64,000 nt of DNA from Sminthopsis crassicaudata (lineage: Eukaryota): positions 388,754,454 to 388,818,453 of the forward strand of contig NC_133619.1 in assembly GCF_048593235.1 (NCBI RefSeq), read 5' to 3'. Position 1 is the first letter of the stretch. Each line of letters opens with the position of its first letter. The notes beneath the pieces are model-generated. The model searched no databases and was not told the origin of the DNA. It saw only the letters and a program-made list of their open reading frames with translations. Below, in pieces: positions 13,668-28,711 of this stretch. A program made the translations under genes and the position numbers.

Positions 13668-14790
13668 AATTTTTTTTTTTTTTACTTTCAGTAGCATTTT
13701 ATTTTTCCAAATACATGTAAAGATATTTTTCAACATTCCTTTTTTTAAGACTTTGTGTTCCAATTTTTCCTTCCTTCCCTTGGCTTCTCCATTCCCAAGA
13801 CAGCAAGTAATCTGATATAGGTTAAACATGAAATTCTTTTAAACACATTTCCATATTTGTCATATTATACCCCAAAAAATGAGACCAAAAAGGAAAAAAA
13901 AAACTCATGAGAAAAACACACACACAAATAAAAGGTGAAAATATTATGCTTTAATCCATAAGCAGCCTCCATATCTCTCTCTCTGGATGAAGATGGTATT
14001 TTCCATACCAAGTCTATTAGAAGTGCTTTAAATCACTACATTGTTGAGAAGAGTTAAATCCAGTTGACCATCACATAATCTTGTTGTTATTATGTATAAT
14101 GTCCTCTTGGTTCTGCTCATTTCACTAGGCATGTAAATTTTTTCCAAGCTTTTCAGAAATCAGCCTGGCTCATCATGTCTTACAGAAAAATAATATTCTA
14201 TTACATTTATACAGCATAACTTTTTCATCCATTCCTCAATTCATGAGCATCCACTCAATTTCCAGGTCCTTGTCACTACAAAAAATGATGCTAGAAATAT
14301 TTTTGCACTTTTGAGTCATTTTCCCTTTTTTATTATCTCTTTTGAATATAAACCCAGTAGATCCATCAGTGGATCTTTTCTTATCATGTTAGCTAATCTG
14401 AGAAGTGTCAAGTAGTACCTCAGTCTCACTTTGCATTTCTCTAATCAATAGTGATTTAGAGCATTTTTATATGACTAGAATTAGCTTTCATTTAAAAATT
14501 GTCTGTTCATATCTTTTGAGCATTTATCAATTGGGGAATGACTTCTATTCTTAGAAATTTCACTCCGTTCTCTATGTATTTTAGAAATGAGGCATTTATC
14601 AAAAACAGTGGCTGTAAATTTTCCCCTACTTTTCTGTTTTTCTTCTAATCTTAGCTGCACTGGTTTTGTTTATGAAATTTAAAAAAATGTAATCAAAATT
14701 ATCCATTTTGCATTTTAAAAGATTCTCTAGTTCTTCTTTGGTCACAAATTTGCCCCTTTCCACAGATCAACAAGTAGACTATCCTTTGTT
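13668..14790 (-). mobile_element. 5'-truncated L1 (ORF2 end plus 3' UTR)
   Basis: Starts with a T-run (antisense poly-A), followed by the reverse complement of marsupial L1 3' UTR and ORF2 C-terminal sequence (cttgcatttctctaatcaatagtgatttagagcattttt...). Confidence 0.85.
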
Positions 14791-15654
14791 GAGCTGATAT
14801 CTTTCTTTATAAAGAAAGTGTTAGAACATGTAATATACAATCAGCAATTATTTATTAATCACCTGTTATGTATCAGGTGATGAGCTATTTTTTTAAAAAA
14901 ATAAATATTTAAACAATGGTTTCAACTAAGTGTTGAATACTTACTATATGTTGGTACTATCATCATGGCATACAAAATAAAGAGTATTTAGAAAGCATAG
15001 GAATATAGAGCTATATGCTTCAGGAGTTTTGTTTTAGAGAAAAGAATACTAAGGTGAAGAGAGATCCCAGAATCATACTGATAGAAAATTCTGAGGCAAG
15101 GACTCAGGCTAGGTTGAGGACTTCAATTCCATTGTTTTTTCTATTGAACCATCTTATTTTATGCCTGGGTATTTCTGATATCTGATTCTAGGAGGGGGGA
15201 AAAGTGTGTAATATATATTCATATGGGAAATAGCATAAATTATTTTAAATGCAAATATTTAAGACACACAACATACTTAGCATTTGTTTAGACTTCTTAT
15301 CCTATTAAACAAATGTAATTAACATGTAAGAACATATTGGATGAGAAATAATTATGTCAAAGATTGTGTCTTTGTGTCAAAGGCATTTACTACCATGTCC
15401 TGAGGATTCATCTGTAAAATACATACAAGAGTAATTTTGTTTTTGAGCTGATTGGGAATGAGATGAAAAAATTTAAGACCTGAAAAAAATTCAAATTCAG
15501 GAAAATTCTAGGAAAGACATTTATTTTCAGTGATTAGCCCCTTGATCTCTAGACCAATTCCCTTCATGATCTGACAGAATCTAATCTTAAACTATTGGTT
15601 AGGAAGATATAAGATAATAACATGGGATAGACTACTCTTGTAAGCTTTCATATA

Positions 15655-15657
15655 GAT

Positions 15658-15698
<41 letters not shown>

Positions 15699-15700
15699 GA
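15655..15700. repeat. (TAGA)n tetranucleotide microsatellite
   Basis: Direct reading. Confidence 0.96.
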
Positions 15701-16373
15701 TATATAAACATTGAAAGATCTTTTACTTAGGTGTAAAATTATATCCATTTTAGGACACACTTCAAACAGTGATGTGATAAAGAAGTAGAGTTTCAGAAAC
15801 TTTTCTTGTTTAGATCAAGATATCTAAAGAGTAGCAAGGCCAGACCATTTGAAGTTACCCTAAATTTCATGTCTTTCTAGTGAGGAAATCTGAGATGACT
15901 TCCTAAAGAAGCAAATACAGAATTATAGCAGCACAAGAAGTCTTGCCTATCAAACTCAAATGCTTTGATATAGCAAAATATGCTATTTCCTACCTTCTTT
16001 ACTTCTAAAAGTAGTATTCTTAGTGTTGCAGTGTTTTTGCTTTGTTTTGTTTTTCTTAATAAAAGGCAGTTCTGAGTAAAAACATTAACCACACATCTAT
16101 GTTGTGGGAAATCAATTTAAGTAAGAATAATAGACAATGTATAGCATTTGAAAAAGTTAAAAAGTCATAGGCCATATCTTCAAGCCTGACCCTATATGTT
16201 GTTATGGAATGAGATGGAGAGGTACCATATTAACACATTACTATGGGTTAACATATTAGCTAGTTAACATTTAGCAAAGAATTTGGTGCTACTTACAGAA
16301 TAAGTAGTTATTAAATGTTTATTAAGTGAGTAAATGGTTTTGAGAGAATGGAACATAGGATAATTAACTTTTT

Positions 16374-16512
16374 TTTTTTTTTTTTTTGCTGAGGCAATTG
16401 GGATTAAGTGACTGTCCCAGGGTCACACAGCTAAGACATATTAAATGTTTAAGGTCAAATTTGAACTCAGGTCCTCCTGACTTCAGTGCTGGTGCTCTAT
16501 CCATTGTGCCAC
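16374..16512 (-). mobile_element. WSINE1-like SINE, slightly 5'-truncated, with 15-bp TSD
   Basis: T-tail, then gctgaggcaattgggattaagtgac...gtcacacagctaag...tttgaactcaggtcctcctgac...ctctatccattgtgccac; gataattaacttttt at 16359-16373 and 16513-16527. Confidence 0.92.
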
Positions 16513-18639
16513 GATAATTAACTTTTTAAGAAGAATAAAGACTGGCCACTGATTGAAAGGCCATGCTGAGTTTGTATGAGAGAGTTGAAGATCAGGATGT
16601 TTGGGGATGTAGGTGCTAAAAGAAGTGATTAAAAGCAGAAACCACTGTCCTCCTATTTCATGATTTTTTCCTATACCTATTCAAGGAGACATTGCTAAAT
16701 CCTTTGAATGTCATTTTATCAAGAATATAATTTCAATCAAGCTGTTTCTATGTATTAGGCATTGATTTAATATATTGTGATACAAAGAAAGTTAGAAAAA
16801 AAATCCTTTCCATAAAGAAGTTCACATACTAATGGAAGAAGCAACACATAAATGACTATATCTACAATAGATGCACATGATAAAATGGAGATAAAGTCTT
16901 TAACCCTATTATTTCAATGTGCTATTGAACTGATGTATTTTTCTTTATTATTAAGAATTTGATAGTACTAAATCTTTCTCCTCAAGTTGACCTTTCTGTT
17001 TTGTGTTATCTACCCAAAAATTATTGCTACCAGTCCAAGGCCTGTGCCCTCAAACTTGATATCCTTTTCATTTATATAATGTTTTCTACCAATTTTTGTC
17101 TGTTGTTTTCTTCCCAACAGATCCACTTGTCTCACAATGCTGCTGCATCAAGTACCTGACTAATTAAATGTAATACAAAAGGTATTAATGATGACTGGTC
17201 ACTATAGGAATGACACTATCCTTCTTCACTGACTTGACATTAGAGTGAGTGTTAGAGATGTATGTGGAAAAATCCTATAGATATTGGCAAATGAGATTAT
17301 ATATGAAAAAAGCTTTGGAAAATTTAAGTACTTAAATTAAAAGTACTACTGAATAGAAATGTTATTAGATAGCATGGTGTAATAAAATTTAAAGTATCCT
17401 AAAGTAAGTAGAGATGAGTTATGGGACCTATTATATTGGTATCTTCAAACTATTTCAATTATAAAGGCATCATCACTGAAAATGTTTGCTTACTTGATCT
17501 GTTTATTCTGTGTGATATACAACCAGGTAAATGTGTTACTTCTCTCTAGTGTTTACTTATAGTATCCTGATGGTCTTCCCATACTAATGTAGAATAGGAG
17601 AATTTGTGTACATGATGTTTTTAAAACAGATTTTATTTAAAGCTTTGAAATAATGCAATATAAGAGATGGGGGCAGTAAGAGTTAGGTATTTAGTACATC
17701 TAGGGATCATTTGTCATCAAGGGACAATCAATTTTAAAATGGAGGGAGGAGCTATGGGTCCGAGGGAGTACAGTTTGCAACCTTAGTAGGGAAATATGTT
17801 CTATCTGAGTTGTGTTTAAAACCTTGGAGGGGGAGATTGTTTTGCTTGGCATCTGTATAAACGCCAGAGTAGCAGACCTCTGCAATAAACAACTTTAAGA
17901 GTCTTCTACTATATCAAATGCCAAAGTTGATTTCCCAAAGCAGCACGCAGAATACATTCTGTACAAACACGAATAGTGGGCATTTCCCATCTGACAAGCC
18001 AAAAACAGGGGAGGAGGGAGAGGGAGTCAGTATTCTTTTGTTATTGAGAAATGAGTTTTACCCTTGCCCCTGAGTCAGCAGTTATCTTTGGAAAATTTAG
18101 GCTATTTGAAACCAAAGAGCCCAGCAGTTTTCTGTACAAAAATCTCCCCTTTAAGATGGAAGAATCACAGAAAAAATTAGTTGTACTCAGGAATATCTCT
18201 TTGCCACAAGATGAAGAAATGGGAGACTTTTTTCTATGACTCATTCACATTATGGAAGAAATGAATATTCTGGTGGACAGACACTTTAGAGAATACTGAG
18301 ATAATTTGCTTTTGTTTTGTTTTATTTTTCTTTACAAGGAACCACGTTGGTACCTCTTTATGATTACATAACCATAAAAAGGCACTCTTTGGTAAAAAGA
18401 TTATTTTATATAGTTTCTTTAAATACAGTCTAGAACTGAAGCACATACCTTGTGCAGAAACATCTAATAGGTAATATTTATTATCAGTTCAAATCTCACT
18501 GACTTTGCTTGACTATCGTTCAATGACAGTGATGGATATGAATTCCAAAATCTTAGTATCATGCTTTTTCCCCTTTAGCCTAAAGTAAATATCTCTTAAG
18601 TACCTTTATACTCAGGCAATGTGTTTTTCATTTGCTGTG

Positions 18640-18977
18640 NNNNNNNNNNNNNNNNNNNNNNNNNNNNNNNNNNNNNNNNNNNNNNNNNNNNNNNNNNNNN
18701 NNNNNNNNNNNNNNNNNNNNNNNNNNNNNNNNNNNNNNNNNNNNNNNNNNNNNNNNNNNNNNNNNNNNNNNNNNNNNNNNNNNNNNNNNNNNNNNNNNNN
18801 NNNNNNNNNNNNNNNNNNNNNNNNNNNNNNNNNNNNNNNNNNNNNNNNNNNNNNNNNNNNNNNNNNNNNNNNNNNNNNNNNNNNNNNNNNNNNNNNNNNN
18901 NNNNNNNNNNNNNNNNNNNNNNNNNNNNNNNNNNNNNNNNNNNNNNNNNNNNNNNNNNNNNNNNNNNNNNNNNNNNN
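18640..18977. other. Assembly gap
   Basis: Run of N. Confidence 0.99.
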
Positions 18978-19928
18978 GGCTGCTTACCAACTGGGATAAA
19001 AGTTTCAGTATGTTTCTGCTTTCAAAATTAACTGAATAAATGGTCTTTGAAATTCATTTTGAAAACATCAAAGTTAACCCAGGCTATAAAAAAAATCCAG
19101 AATTAAATTATGTTACAAATGAAAGTTCCACTAGCTGGTTTCTATTTGGGGAGGGGGAGAGTGAAGCTGTAGTCAATGAAAAATATATAGATAATGGGCT
19201 AGTTCTGTATTATATTCAATTGTTGTAGTTATATAGAAATTTATAGAATACAAATTGTCTGATTATTGTTCTCCCATTCTTATCCAACTCTTATGTTGGT
19301 TACTAGTGGTCTATATAATGTGTCTCTTTTTAGTATTAGGAAGAGGTAATACTGAATGGTTAATTTGCTTAATATACTGATGTAAAAGGAATAAGAAAAT
19401 ATATTTCTAAGTTTTAAAGCACTATTGGAGCACTAACTCTTAGATTCCCATGACTAATCCTCACTGTTAGTAAGGGCCCTCTACATTCATAAAACTTAAC
19501 TTCTATGCTTCCAAGATTTAAAAGATTGGATTTGAAAAATGCCTTGCACAAATTAATGAGAATGCTTTACAGTTTTATGCTACAAGAATGACAGGTTAAG
19601 ATACGTCATTAAAATGACTCATTTGGAGCCCAAACCAATCACATTAAAATATTTTCCCAGAAAGTAAGTCAACCTTATCTATTTTGCATACAATGTAAAT
19701 GACACATTAATGATTATGTGTACTCTGTCACATGGCTTTCATCAGAAATGTTAGTTTTCTCAAATATGGTTGGCAAATAACTGGTTTTATTTTCTCTATT
19801 TAACAAGAATGACAAATATCACACAACATGATTGAATGATACCCTAGGTTTTTCAACTTTCCTTATTCTTAAATCAGGCCTGATGCATATCTTAGTCCTT
19901 TAATTTTGTTTCTGTGTTCATAGAATTT

Positions 19929-20063
19929 NNNNNNNNNNNNNNNNNNNNNNNNNNNNNNNNNNNNNNNNNNNNNNNNNNNNNNNNNNNNNNNNNNNNNNNN
20001 NNNNNNNNNNNNNNNNNNNNNNNNNNNNNNNNNNNNNNNNNNNNNNNNNNNNNNNNNNNNNNN
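19929..20063. other. Assembly gap
   Basis: Run of N. Confidence 0.99.
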
Positions 20064-22205
20064 ATCTGTCTGGATAATAGACATATATGGAATACAAATT
20101 GTATCAGCTTTAAGACCTTCCAGAATTAGAATTCTGGGGACCATCTAATTATGCATCCCTTCAAAATCAATTCTATACTATAGAAATGTAATTTTGTTAC
20201 CTAGAACAAGGAACTTGCAGTGGTACAAAGCAAGTGACATGAATAGATACCCTCATATCATTTCTGATTCATGGTATGAAAATAGCACAGGAACTAATTA
20301 TGGACATGTATTAAATAGAGTGGGGAAGTTTTCATTATGGTTTTATATTATTGAAGGAGTATGTGTTAAATTGTTGCACTTTCTGAAACCTACTTCTTTG
20401 GCAAAAAAATTTTGGATACATACAATAGACTCTTAATAAATGTTTATTTACTTGCTTATTTGTCTTTTTCCATTCTAGTTGTAAATCTGATGGATTATCT
20501 TTCTGGGGAAGGGATAGTTATGATAAATAATACAAAACAGCAGACATTAAAGAAATAATAATTTCTATTTGGTTTGTTACATACTAAATGACATCCCCCC
20601 ATTCCAGCAGCACTAACTCTTACTCATCATCTTCTCAGTCTTTGTTGAGAGAAAAGGCTTCAACACCAGCTGTTTTCACTATGAATAGCTTGGTTTAGAT
20701 TGAAAGAGAGGGGTAGACCATGCATAAAAATAATGCCAGGAGCAACAGGATGGGTTTTAAGATATATCTCAGCACAAAAATATCCAATGAGGGGAAAAAA
20801 TAATCTTGTAATCAAAGCACTTAAAGCCCTCTCTGCTTACATGGAGAATTGGGGCAGTATATTTGTCATGCTATATTATATGGTGCATATGTAAACTAAT
20901 ACAGTATGTAGTTTCTGGAGGGATAAAATTATGTGGAACCACATGTTGCATGCAGGTATATATAAATCAATTATCTAGACTTTGCAAAAAGTAATAATAT
21001 AGCTTTCAAATCATTTTATGCCATCACATACAGGAAATTAAATAGTAACCAGCTAAGATGGGGGGGGGGGCGTAGAGAACCCATCCAAATAGTCATTGAA
21101 AATAAGCTTCCTTGGGAAGCGGTTTTACAAACTGGAAAACCAACATGGAGAGACTCATCCCAGCAACTAAGCAGATATTTTAGAAGCTCCCGATGGAAAG
21201 CTAGACCTTGATTTCCAGAATTCCATATTAATCACTAGAACCAAATTTCTTTTAAATAAATGTGGTTACTAAATGCATTATTTAATTAGTGAATTTTTGT
21301 ACTTCTTTCAATAAATTTAAAGCTTTACTTTCATTAAATGATTTGCTCTTTTTTCAAGGCTAAAAATAGCAAATTTTGAATTGATAATTAAATACTGTGT
21401 TCTATTTCCTTTAATATCTAAATATAAGTCATTTCCTGGTAGTGTCAGGTCTCTGATGAAATACTGTAAACTTCTTTAATTCTAATGGAGTTTTAAATGT
21501 GCAATACATTCCAACAGCAGCATCCATCCTCCCTCATTTGCCAATCAACCTATAATCCTTATCATAAAATCACAAAGTTGGATGTGTAGTAATTGGAGTA
21601 TTGGATTCAGGGTCTGAAAGACCTGTTTTCAAAACAATCCTCAAATACTTAGGAGTTAAATAATCTTAAGCAAGTCAGTTAATCTCTGAGCCTTAAATTT
21701 GGCATGTATAAAATGGATGGGTTTAATTAGCCAAGTTCTTAAATACTTCTCAGATTTAACATCCTATGATAATGAAAGGACAAGGTAGCAACAAACATTT
21801 ATTATGTGTTTTCTATGTATCAGGCACAATGCTAAGTACTTTACAAATATTACCTCCCTGATCCTCACAATGCCCTCTTTGAGGCAGGTACCATTATTAT
21901 CCCCATTTTATCCACTTTAAAGGTAAGGAAACTAAAGCATATGGAAATTAAGTAACTTTCCAGAATCACACAGATAATTTTCTGAGACCAAAGCTGAACT
22001 CAAATTTTCTAAAATTCAGGCTCTGAACTTGATCCACTATGATATCTCGCTACTAAAGAAAAAAAAGATGATCTTGGCCATCAACTCCATACAAAGACAA
22101 GGAAAATAATTCTATTAGCAGATCACACAGAAACACTCATTCTTGATATTTTAGGTAAAGTAATTTTCTCAAAGGAAATCATAATTTGGAACAGGAAATA
22201 TTTTC

Positions 22206-23190
22206 TTTTTTTATTATAGCTGTTTTTTTTTTTTACAAGATACATGCATGGGTAATTTTTCAGCATTGACAATTGCAAAATCTTTTGTTCCAATTTTCCC
22301 CTCTTTCCCCCCATCCCCTCCTCCATATGATATGTAAGTATATGTTAAATACAATATATGTATACATGTCTATATAGTTATTTTGCTGCACAAGAAGAAT
22401 CAGACTTTGAAATAGTGAGCAATTAACCTGTGAAGGAAATAAAAAATGCAGATGGACAAAAATAGAGGGACTGGGAATTCCATGTAGTAGTTCACACTCA
22501 TTTCCCAGACTTCTTTTGATGGGTGTAGCTGGTTCAGTTCATTACTGCTCTATTGGAACTGATTTGGTTCATCTCATTGTTGAAGAGGGCCTCATCCATC
22601 AGAATTGATCATCATACAGTATTGTTGCTGAAGTATATAATGATCTTGTGGCCATGCTCATTTCACTCAGAATCAGTTCATGTAAGTCTCTCCAGGTCTT
22701 TCTGAAATCATCCTGCTGGTCATTTCTTACAGAATAATAATATTCCATAACATTCATATACTACAATTTATTTAGCCATTCTGCAATTGATGGGCATCCA
22801 TTCAGTTTTGCTTCTGGCCACCACAAAAAGGGCTGCCACAAACATTCTTGCACATACAGGTCCCTTTCCCTTCTTTAAGATCTCTTTGGGATACAAGGCC
22901 AGTAGAAACACTGCTGTATCAAAGTTTGATAACTTTTTGAGCATAGTTCCAAATCATTCTCCAGAATGGCTGGATGTATTCACAATTCCACCAACAATGT
23001 ATCAGTGTCACAGTTTTACCACTTCCCCTCCAATATTCCACATTATCTTTCCCTGTCATTCTAGCCAACTTGACAGGTGTCAAATTGTATCAATAGTATT
23101 GTCTTAATTTGCATTTCTCTGATTAATAATGACTTGGATCATCTTTTCATATGCCTAGAAATAGTTTCAATTTCTGTCTGATAATTGTCT
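22206..23190 (-). mobile_element. 5'-truncated L1 (ORF2 end plus 3' UTR) with 18-bp TSD
   Basis: Antisense L1 3' UTR and ORF2 end; ggaacaggaaatattttc (22188-22205) vs ggaacagaaaatattttc (23191-23208), one mismatch. Confidence 0.92.
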
Positions 23191-23231
23191 GGAACAGAAA
23201 ATATTTTCAAATTTCACATATTCAAAAGGGT

Positions 23232-23238
23232 ATGTATG

Positions 23239-23282
<44 letters not shown>

Positions 23283-23360
23283 CATATATATATTTACACA
23301 CATAGACACATATGTATATATTCAAAAGTGTATATATATACATGTATATAAATATACACA
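23232..23360. repeat. (TA)n/(TATG)n low-complexity repeat
   Basis: Direct reading. Confidence 0.93.
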
Positions 23361-25922
23361 TAAAATCAGTAAATGAAACTTTCATCTTTGGTCAAAAAGA
23401 TGATGCTATCTCAACTTAGTATTTTTCTATAGCCAGCTTTGCTCCTGATTAACCTATGAAGTTGGCAGTATTTGCCTCTGATACCTTTCCATCTCCCTTT
23501 ACTTTCCTTTACTTAGTACTTTACTATCACCATAGATGACCATTTCAGGTTCCTTTTTCTCTGCTTCATTATCATCTATCATCTATCAATCACTAATATC
23601 TAATAAGCTTTTAACAAGCCAACAACTTAATTTGTTAACACTAAGAGAAAGATTTTTTTTTAGAAAATAGAATTTTTTAAACATTTTTGAACACCAAAGA
23701 ATTCATGGATATTAGAATTTCAAGACTCATTACAGGCTGATGAGAGAGGATCCTAGGGGAAGGCAGATATTCAAGGTCCCCACATCAGATTTGAGTCTGC
23801 TCTTGATTGTCTACACAGTTTTCTACTTGGTTATCTAATAGAATTTTCCTTTTGCCTCAAATCTCCATTCATTTCATCTTTTTTCTTTTTTTTTAAGAAA
23901 ATAATCTAATGTATTCGGGTTATTTTTCTCTTGTTTTCTCTCTGAGGGAGAAAAAGCTGTATTACTAGAAAAATCTAATATACCACCCAAGGAATAAAAG
24001 GAGTTCATGCTCATAACTCTACTCAGAACTCTGACGTCCAGTGTTAGTCTGAATGTTTCAGAAGTGAAACTCAGCATCTGTGATTTTCTATTTGTTTTCT
24101 TTACTGCTGCTTCATGCTGAGCTGAATGAGTTAAGACCCTCTCACAGTAAATCTGAGACCTCTTTCCTGGCCAGTATGGCAGCACCTATCCACTTAAAAA
24201 ACCATTTCTCTTTTTATTGGTGTCTGCATTGCTCATTATTCTACCTTTATCTGCATCCTGCTGCATTTCATTCCAGTCTTTGATCAGACTGTTCTTTAAC
24301 CTCTCTCCAGCTTGAAAAGGTTTTATTCATGGGCTTTCCCCACCTTTCCTAACCTCTCTTTGAGTCAGTCATTATTCCAAAGGGTCACACTTCTATGGAT
24401 TTTAGTATGCTAACTTCATATGGCAACCTCTTTGAATAAACATTGCTAAAAAGGAATTGTTCAAAGGAGATGTGGTCTAAACAGGATTGAGGTCATAAGC
24501 AAAATTGTTCAGTCTGTCTCCAGTGGCCTTTCAGTGATCCTCCTTGACTTCTTGTTGTCCCCTCCATCTAAACCTTCTCTTCAAAATGCCTTGGTGCCTC
24601 CTGCTGCCCAGATCTCTCTTCTTCACTCACTAATCAATGTCTATGCTCTTAACCTTTGCACCTACCTTTTTATGACTTATGTAGCCTGAGTTCCATTGCC
24701 TCAGGATCTCTCATTCAGTTAGTTGTCATGTTGAAAAGCAACTAGACACTCATTCATGCTAAAGAATTAATACCTGATTACTTCATGTTTTTCTCCTGAA
24801 AGAAACATTTATAATTTTAACAGAAAATTCCTGGAAATTTAATGTTTTGACTTAAAAAATGAACAGTTTTGGCACTTCAAGTCTGACAAAGAGATCATTA
24901 GCAAGTCCCAGCTATAAGAAAGAAGTAATAACTTTAGACTTCTTAATTTTGAGCCTCTTTTCTGGGGCAAGATCAGAGAATAGTCCCTCTCTGCACCATG
25001 AACATAGTAGTCTGCTCCTAGAGATTAAAATACAAGAATAGTGGTAAAGAGGTACTGTGAAAAAAGAAAATGATGATATGGTACAACCATCTCTAACTGC
25101 TTTTCTAGACTTACTATCCAAACTAGATCTGTCTAAAGTTGTCCATAGTAGATAGCTGTTATTCAAATTCTACATGGTATCATCATTGAGTTGCACTATC
25201 TATTACCAATATCTAGTGTTTATTATCCTCATCTATGCTCATCACCCCAAAAAGTTCCATCTGACCCCCATAGTTTTTAATATTTTCTCATTCCTCAAAT
25301 TATATTATATTTACTTATTAAAGAACAAAAATATATCATTACCATTTTCTTTATGTCTCTAGTATCTACAGTATCAGATACTTAATATTTACATAGTAGA
25401 TACTTAATAAATGCTTGCCAGTTGGTTAATTAAAATCAATATGCCTTCAGGAGAAACTATGTTTACCAAAAGCAGAAACTTTTGCATCCTTTTCACTTTG
25501 GACAATCTCTTGAAAATAGTGGAAACTTAATAAATGTGTACTAAATTGAGTTATCTATAATGGGTCATTACTTAGTCCATCCTTATATAATGGTAGCCTT
25601 ATGTCTACATGACAGAAATAAAAAAGCTTAAGTTGGCAGGAATAGAGAATCTGCAGTGTGACCCTAGAGGCAATGCTAAGACTGCTGCAGACATATTAAC
25701 TACTTATTAGATATTAACAATGATTATATAACTATAAGGAAAGATAGTATCATGATTGATAATCATGAAGAAGATGGAGTATAAGGTGATGCCACAATGA
25801 AACACTTAGCCTAGTGATTTATGGAAGGGGAATCAGGTATAGAGTCAGCAGAAAGGAGTTATGACAAAAGCTTACTGCCAGCTATTTTCTTCTTTTTACT
25901 AGTTCATAAAGCTCCTTCCACA

Positions 25923-25940
25923 GACATATACATATATGTG

Positions 25941-26005
<65 letters not shown>

Positions 26006-26100
26006 TCATGTATATATACATACTTATAGATATATGTATAAATACATACATATATGCCTATGCATACACACATATACACATACGCAGAAAGAGAGAGAGG
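25923..26100. repeat. Compound (TA)n(TG)n/(CA)n microsatellite
   Basis: Direct reading. Confidence 0.93.
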
Positions 26101-26744
26101 GAGTGACAAGATAAATGAGAGAAATAAAAAAATGTCTTTGGAATTATGGCAAGTGAGTTGGCTGTATTGGATCATGCCTATAGTCTGAACTGTCAGGCAG
26201 AATAAGAATGGAGGATTGATTAAACTCAAGAGTTCTAGGCTACAATGGGTTATACCAATCAAATAATTTTACTAAGTCTATTATTAGGTAAGCTACCTAG
26301 AACTGGAGGCTATCAGATACCTAAAGAGGAATTAACCAGTCCAAATCAGGAATGAGGCAGGTCAAAGTTACCATGCTACTCAGTAGAGGTATTATTAGTT
26401 CATGAGTACTTGTGTGGTATTTCCATTCTGGGTAAAATTTGAAAACATGTTTGTTTGTTTGTTTGTTGTTTTTAATTAGAGAATTGGAAATGATGCTATT
26501 TCCAAAAGATAAAAATGCTTTTTAGTGACCAAACTAGTAGTTTCTATTTCAGGATATATATCACTATATTACCAAGAAACTGAAACCCACAAAAATCCAC
26601 CTTATTATCCATAAATAGATTGTAACTATTTTCTTTCACATGCCATTAGTAATAATTCCTGATGGACTGGAATGGAAAATGGATTACCATAATATTTAAG
26701 CATACTCAAAAGCCAAATAGGAAGGCATTTTTTAAAAATGCCCC

Positions 26745-27215
26745 CATGAACTGATGCTAAGTGAAATAAGCAGAACCAGGAGATTATTATACATGGTAAA
26801 AGCAAGATTATATGATGATCAGTTCTGATAGGCATGGCTCATGTCAACAATGACATGATTCAAGCCAGTTCCATTGGTCTTGTGATGAAGAGAACCATCT
26901 TTACTCAAAGAGAGGACAATGGAAATTGAATGTAGATGACAACATGGTATTTTCACTCTTTTTGTTGTTGTTTGCTTGCATTTTGTTTTCTTTTTCATAT
27001 TTTTCCTTTTTCAGCTGATTTTTCTTGCACGCATGATATTTGTGGAAATGTGTATAGAGGAATTGTACATGTTTAATATATATTGGATTATTTGCACTAT
27101 AAGGGAAGGGATGGGGGAAAGAAGGGGAAAATTAGAACACAGGGTTTTGTAGGAGGGAATGTTGAAAATTAACCATTAATATATTTTGAAAATAAAAAGC
27201 TTTAATTTAAAAATA
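26745..27215 (+). mobile_element. L1 3' end fragment
   Basis: atgaactgatgctaagtgaaataagcagaaccagg... homologous to the L1 at 1030-1500; ends in gaaaataaaaagctttaat and an A-rich tail. Confidence 0.88.
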
Positions 27216-27597
27216 TAAATAACAAATTGGGCTCTAGATCCATGTGTCTAGATTTTAGGGAGTTATTTGGTACCAAGGGTAAGCAGCATATTACTCTTGA
27301 AGTGAATAGGAGAAGGTAAATCCAGAAAGCTAAGCCTTTTTCCCTTAAAACAATCATGTATTTTATTATAATTTATATCTATATAATTAGTTTTTTAGAA
27401 CACAGAGAAGTTCTTTGGAACATTGTTGATGAACTATAGAGTTATAACGGTGGACATGATAAATCATCTTGTTCAAAATCTTCATTTCAATGGGTTTAGA
27501 AAGAAGTGACTTATATAGATTAAAACAAATGTGAGCTACCTAATTCTTGGGAGTCTATTATTCTTATGTATAATTTAGGAATATAACGTTAAAGATG

Positions 27598-27845
27598 GAA
27601 GGACAGCTAAGTGATACAGTGGAAACAGAGCAAGTACTGAAGTCAAGAAGACTCCATCATCTTGTGTTGCCTTAGACATTTATAAGCTGTGTTACCATAG
27701 TGAAGTCACTTAAGTCTGTTTCCCTCAGCTTTCTCATCTATAAAATGAGATGGAGAAGCCACTCCAGTATCTCTGCCAATAAAACCTCAAATTGGATCAC
27801 AAATTATTGGGCATAACCAAAAACAAGTGAATAATAATAATAACA
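27598..27845 (+). mobile_element. Mar1/MIR-type CORE SINE
   Basis: ggacagctaagtgatacagtgg head, CORE, ccactccagtatctctgccaataaaacc...(aat)n tail. Confidence 0.7.
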
Positions 27846-28711
27846 AATTAGAAATGGAAGAGATTTTGGAAATAATTTAATCTAATACTTTCCTTTACAA
27901 ATGAGGAAACTGAGGCACTGACTTGATCAAAAATCACACAGGCACATATTGATAGGATGAATTCATCCTAATTTCATTGACATCAGATTCACAATTTTTT
28001 TTACTCTATCCATACTGTCTCATACTCCTTTTCTCTTCAGAAGCACATCTGTCTGGTTCTTTTGCCTTCAATTACACTGAACTGGTAACTGCATCTTTTT
28101 AATCCATAACTGAGTACTAAGAGCTTCTTCCATTTCTGACTATGGAATAACTGACCATACTAATACTGACAAATGTATTCTAGAAAGAATAAAATGTCTC
28201 ATTGATCTACACTATCTATACAACCCCTGTCTATCTGATTTCAAGAAGGAAAGAAATTATATATTTATCTTACATTGTGTTTTATTCATTTCCCCACCTC
28301 AGTAATGAGGGTTAAACCAAAGATTGAAGCACAAATATTAATGCACATCTCTTAGATACCTCTCCTTTTATTGAACTTAAGGAATTCTTAAAATATATAC
28401 ATATATAAAATACATATAGAATACATATATATACATATTTGTACAAAAATGTATATATACTTATATATATGTAGATATAAGTAAATTTGTTTTGTTTTTA
28501 TATTATAATTATTTGCAAATTTATACCCATCTATACATGAAAAAAATTAGAAACATTTGTTAAATTAAGCTTGATAAATATAATCACAGAACATTCATAA
28601 TCCTTTTTGTTTTTATTATTCTTTCTGTTTACATTGTTGGAGTCATTTTATGTAGGTTCTGATTATTCCATTCTGTATCTGTTCATCTAAGTTTCTCATA
28701 TCTCTGAATTC

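Noticed and set aside
18041-18244. Bidirectional short ORFs as a possible host exon
   Set aside because: No recognisable protein similarity and no convincing acceptor/donor pair.
23151-26262. YIYI/VCVC-rich ORFs
   Set aside because: Translations of (TA)n/(TG)n microsatellites.
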